From Octopus sinensis (lineage: Eukaryota): 64,000 nt of DNA. A program made the translations under genes and the position numbers. The stretch covers positions 62,806,001 through 62,870,000 of the forward strand of contig NC_043003.1 of assembly GCF_006345805.1 (NCBI RefSeq), given 5' to 3'. Below the pieces are notes generated by a model. It saw nothing but the letters and a program-made list of their open reading frames with translations, was not told the DNA's origin and did not search any database. Positions 62,750 to 64,000 of the stretch are shown in pieces (position 1 is the stretch's first letter; every line of letters starts with the position of its first letter).

Positions 62750-63568
62750 TTTAAGTACCTTGAGAGAAAAGTTGGGCCTAAGAAGCATCAGTTGTGGTGT
62801 GCAAGAGAGACGTTTGCGCTGGTATGGCCATGTGGTGAGAATGGATGAAGATAGTTGTGTGAAAAAGTGCCACACCCTAGCGGTTGAGGGAACCTGTGGA
62901 AGAGGTAGACCCAGGAAAGCCTGGGATGAGGTGGTGAAGCACGAGCTTTGAACTTTAGGTCTCACTGAGGAAATGACTAGAGACCGAGACCTTTGGAAGT
63001 ATGCTGTTCTTGAGAAGACCCGGCCGGACAAGTGAGTCCATAACCCATGGCCTCTACCTGGGATGTAGCCAGTTCACTTATGCATACCTTTCCTTCTTGG
63101 GACACAAAACTCAACTTGCGAAGACCTGTTGAGGCAAGTGAAAATCAAAATCAAAATCGATCAACATCAATGGAAATTGTAGCTGTGATACCAGTGCCGG
63201 TGGCACGTAAGAGAATCATCTGAACGTGGCCGTTGCCAGCGCCGCCGCGACTGGCCTCCATGCCAGTGGCACGTAAAAAGCACCATCCGTGGCCGTTGCT
63301 AGCTTTGCCTGGCCTCTGTGCCGGTGGCACATAAAAAGCACCATCCGATCGTGGCCGTTTGCCAGGCTCATTTGGCACCTGTGCTGGTGGCACGTAAAAA
63401 GCACCCACTACACTCTCGGAGTGGTTGGCATTAGGAAGGGCATCCAGCTGTAGAAACACTGCCAAATCAGACTGGGCCTGGTGCAGCCTTCTGGCTTCCC
63501 AGACCCCAGTTGAACCGTCCAACCCATGCTAGCATGGAAAGCGGACGCTAAACGATGATGATGATGAT
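62750..63568 (+). mobile_element. Well-preserved 5'-truncated RTE-like LINE
   Basis: Reads STLREKLGLRSISCGVQERRLRWYGHVVRMDEDSCVKKCHTLAVEGTCGRGRPRKAWDE, with a four-unit hairpin array and a (GAT)5 tail. Confidence 0.9.
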
Positions 63569-63581
63569 ATAAATATATATA

Positions 63582-63778
63582 GGAATAATGGAGACAAATG
63601 CACAAGATGTTATTTAAATCATTTATGTCACCAATGTATGTTCCGATTAATGCATTAAAATAAATCCGAGAGGAATAATAATAATAATAATATCTCAATG
63701 CATCAATTGAAACATATGTCAGTGATATGGTGATACAAATTATTTAAATAACATCTTGTGCGTTTGTCTCCATTTTCC
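63582..63778. repeat. Hairpin element with (AAT)n-containing loop
   Basis: ATGGAGACAAATGCACAAGATGTTATTTAAAT pairs with ATTTAAATAACATCTTGTGCGTTTGTCTCCAT. Confidence 0.85.
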
Positions 63779-64000
63779 ATCATTCTTATATTCTCCAAAA
63801 CATGTCTCACTTCTTCTCAGAATTATCAACCACGCAAGTCTGATTACAAATTTCTTGTGTGACATTTGGTTACCATGTAACTGTTCCTCTTGATCTTTCC
63901 TTGTAAATTGTACAAGATATATATATAAATAAATATATATATACATATACACACACGGTAGAACCTTGGTTTTCAAACGACTCTGATCACAAATAAATCG

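Noticed and set aside
63194-63405. CRISPR-like repeat/spacer appearance (also at 6877, 14780, 30420, 61660)
   Set aside because: The spacers are homologous to each other, there are no cas genes, and every array sits at the same place in a LINE 3' UTR of eukaryotic DNA.

Overview
Eukaryotic, AT-rich, repeat-saturated DNA with (TA)n, (CA)n, (ATC)n, (ATT)n and (CT)n microsatellites throughout. The repeat content looks like an octopus or other coleoid cephalopod intron or intergenic region; this is inference from recalled repeat families, not a database match. No host gene could be confidently identified. Most ORF-track entries are microsatellite translations or decayed transposon frames. Recognisable content: (i) an RTE-like LINE family with a PHD finger inside its RT, a hairpin tandem array in its 3' UTR and a (GAT)n tail, with roughly 25-30 tail copies; (ii) R4/Dong-like, Tx1/L1-like, CR1-like, BovB-like RTE and Penelope-like remnants; (iii) decayed Tc1/mariner elements (maT DD37D, mariner, Tc1, rosa-like) and several MITE/foldback elements; (iv) a Helentron-associated HINE-like element; (v) tRNA-derived SINEs, given working labels B, C, D and E, whose heads are joined to alternative tails, several matching LINEs in this same window. 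Most notable: a ~2 kb ORF1-only (HAL1-like) Tx1 derivative that shares its 3' tail with a Tx1 ORF2 fragment and a SINE and may share a target site; a tRNA-head plus hammerhead-ribozyme element; further degenerate hammerheads; and several long hairpins. All alignments and identities were judged by eye.
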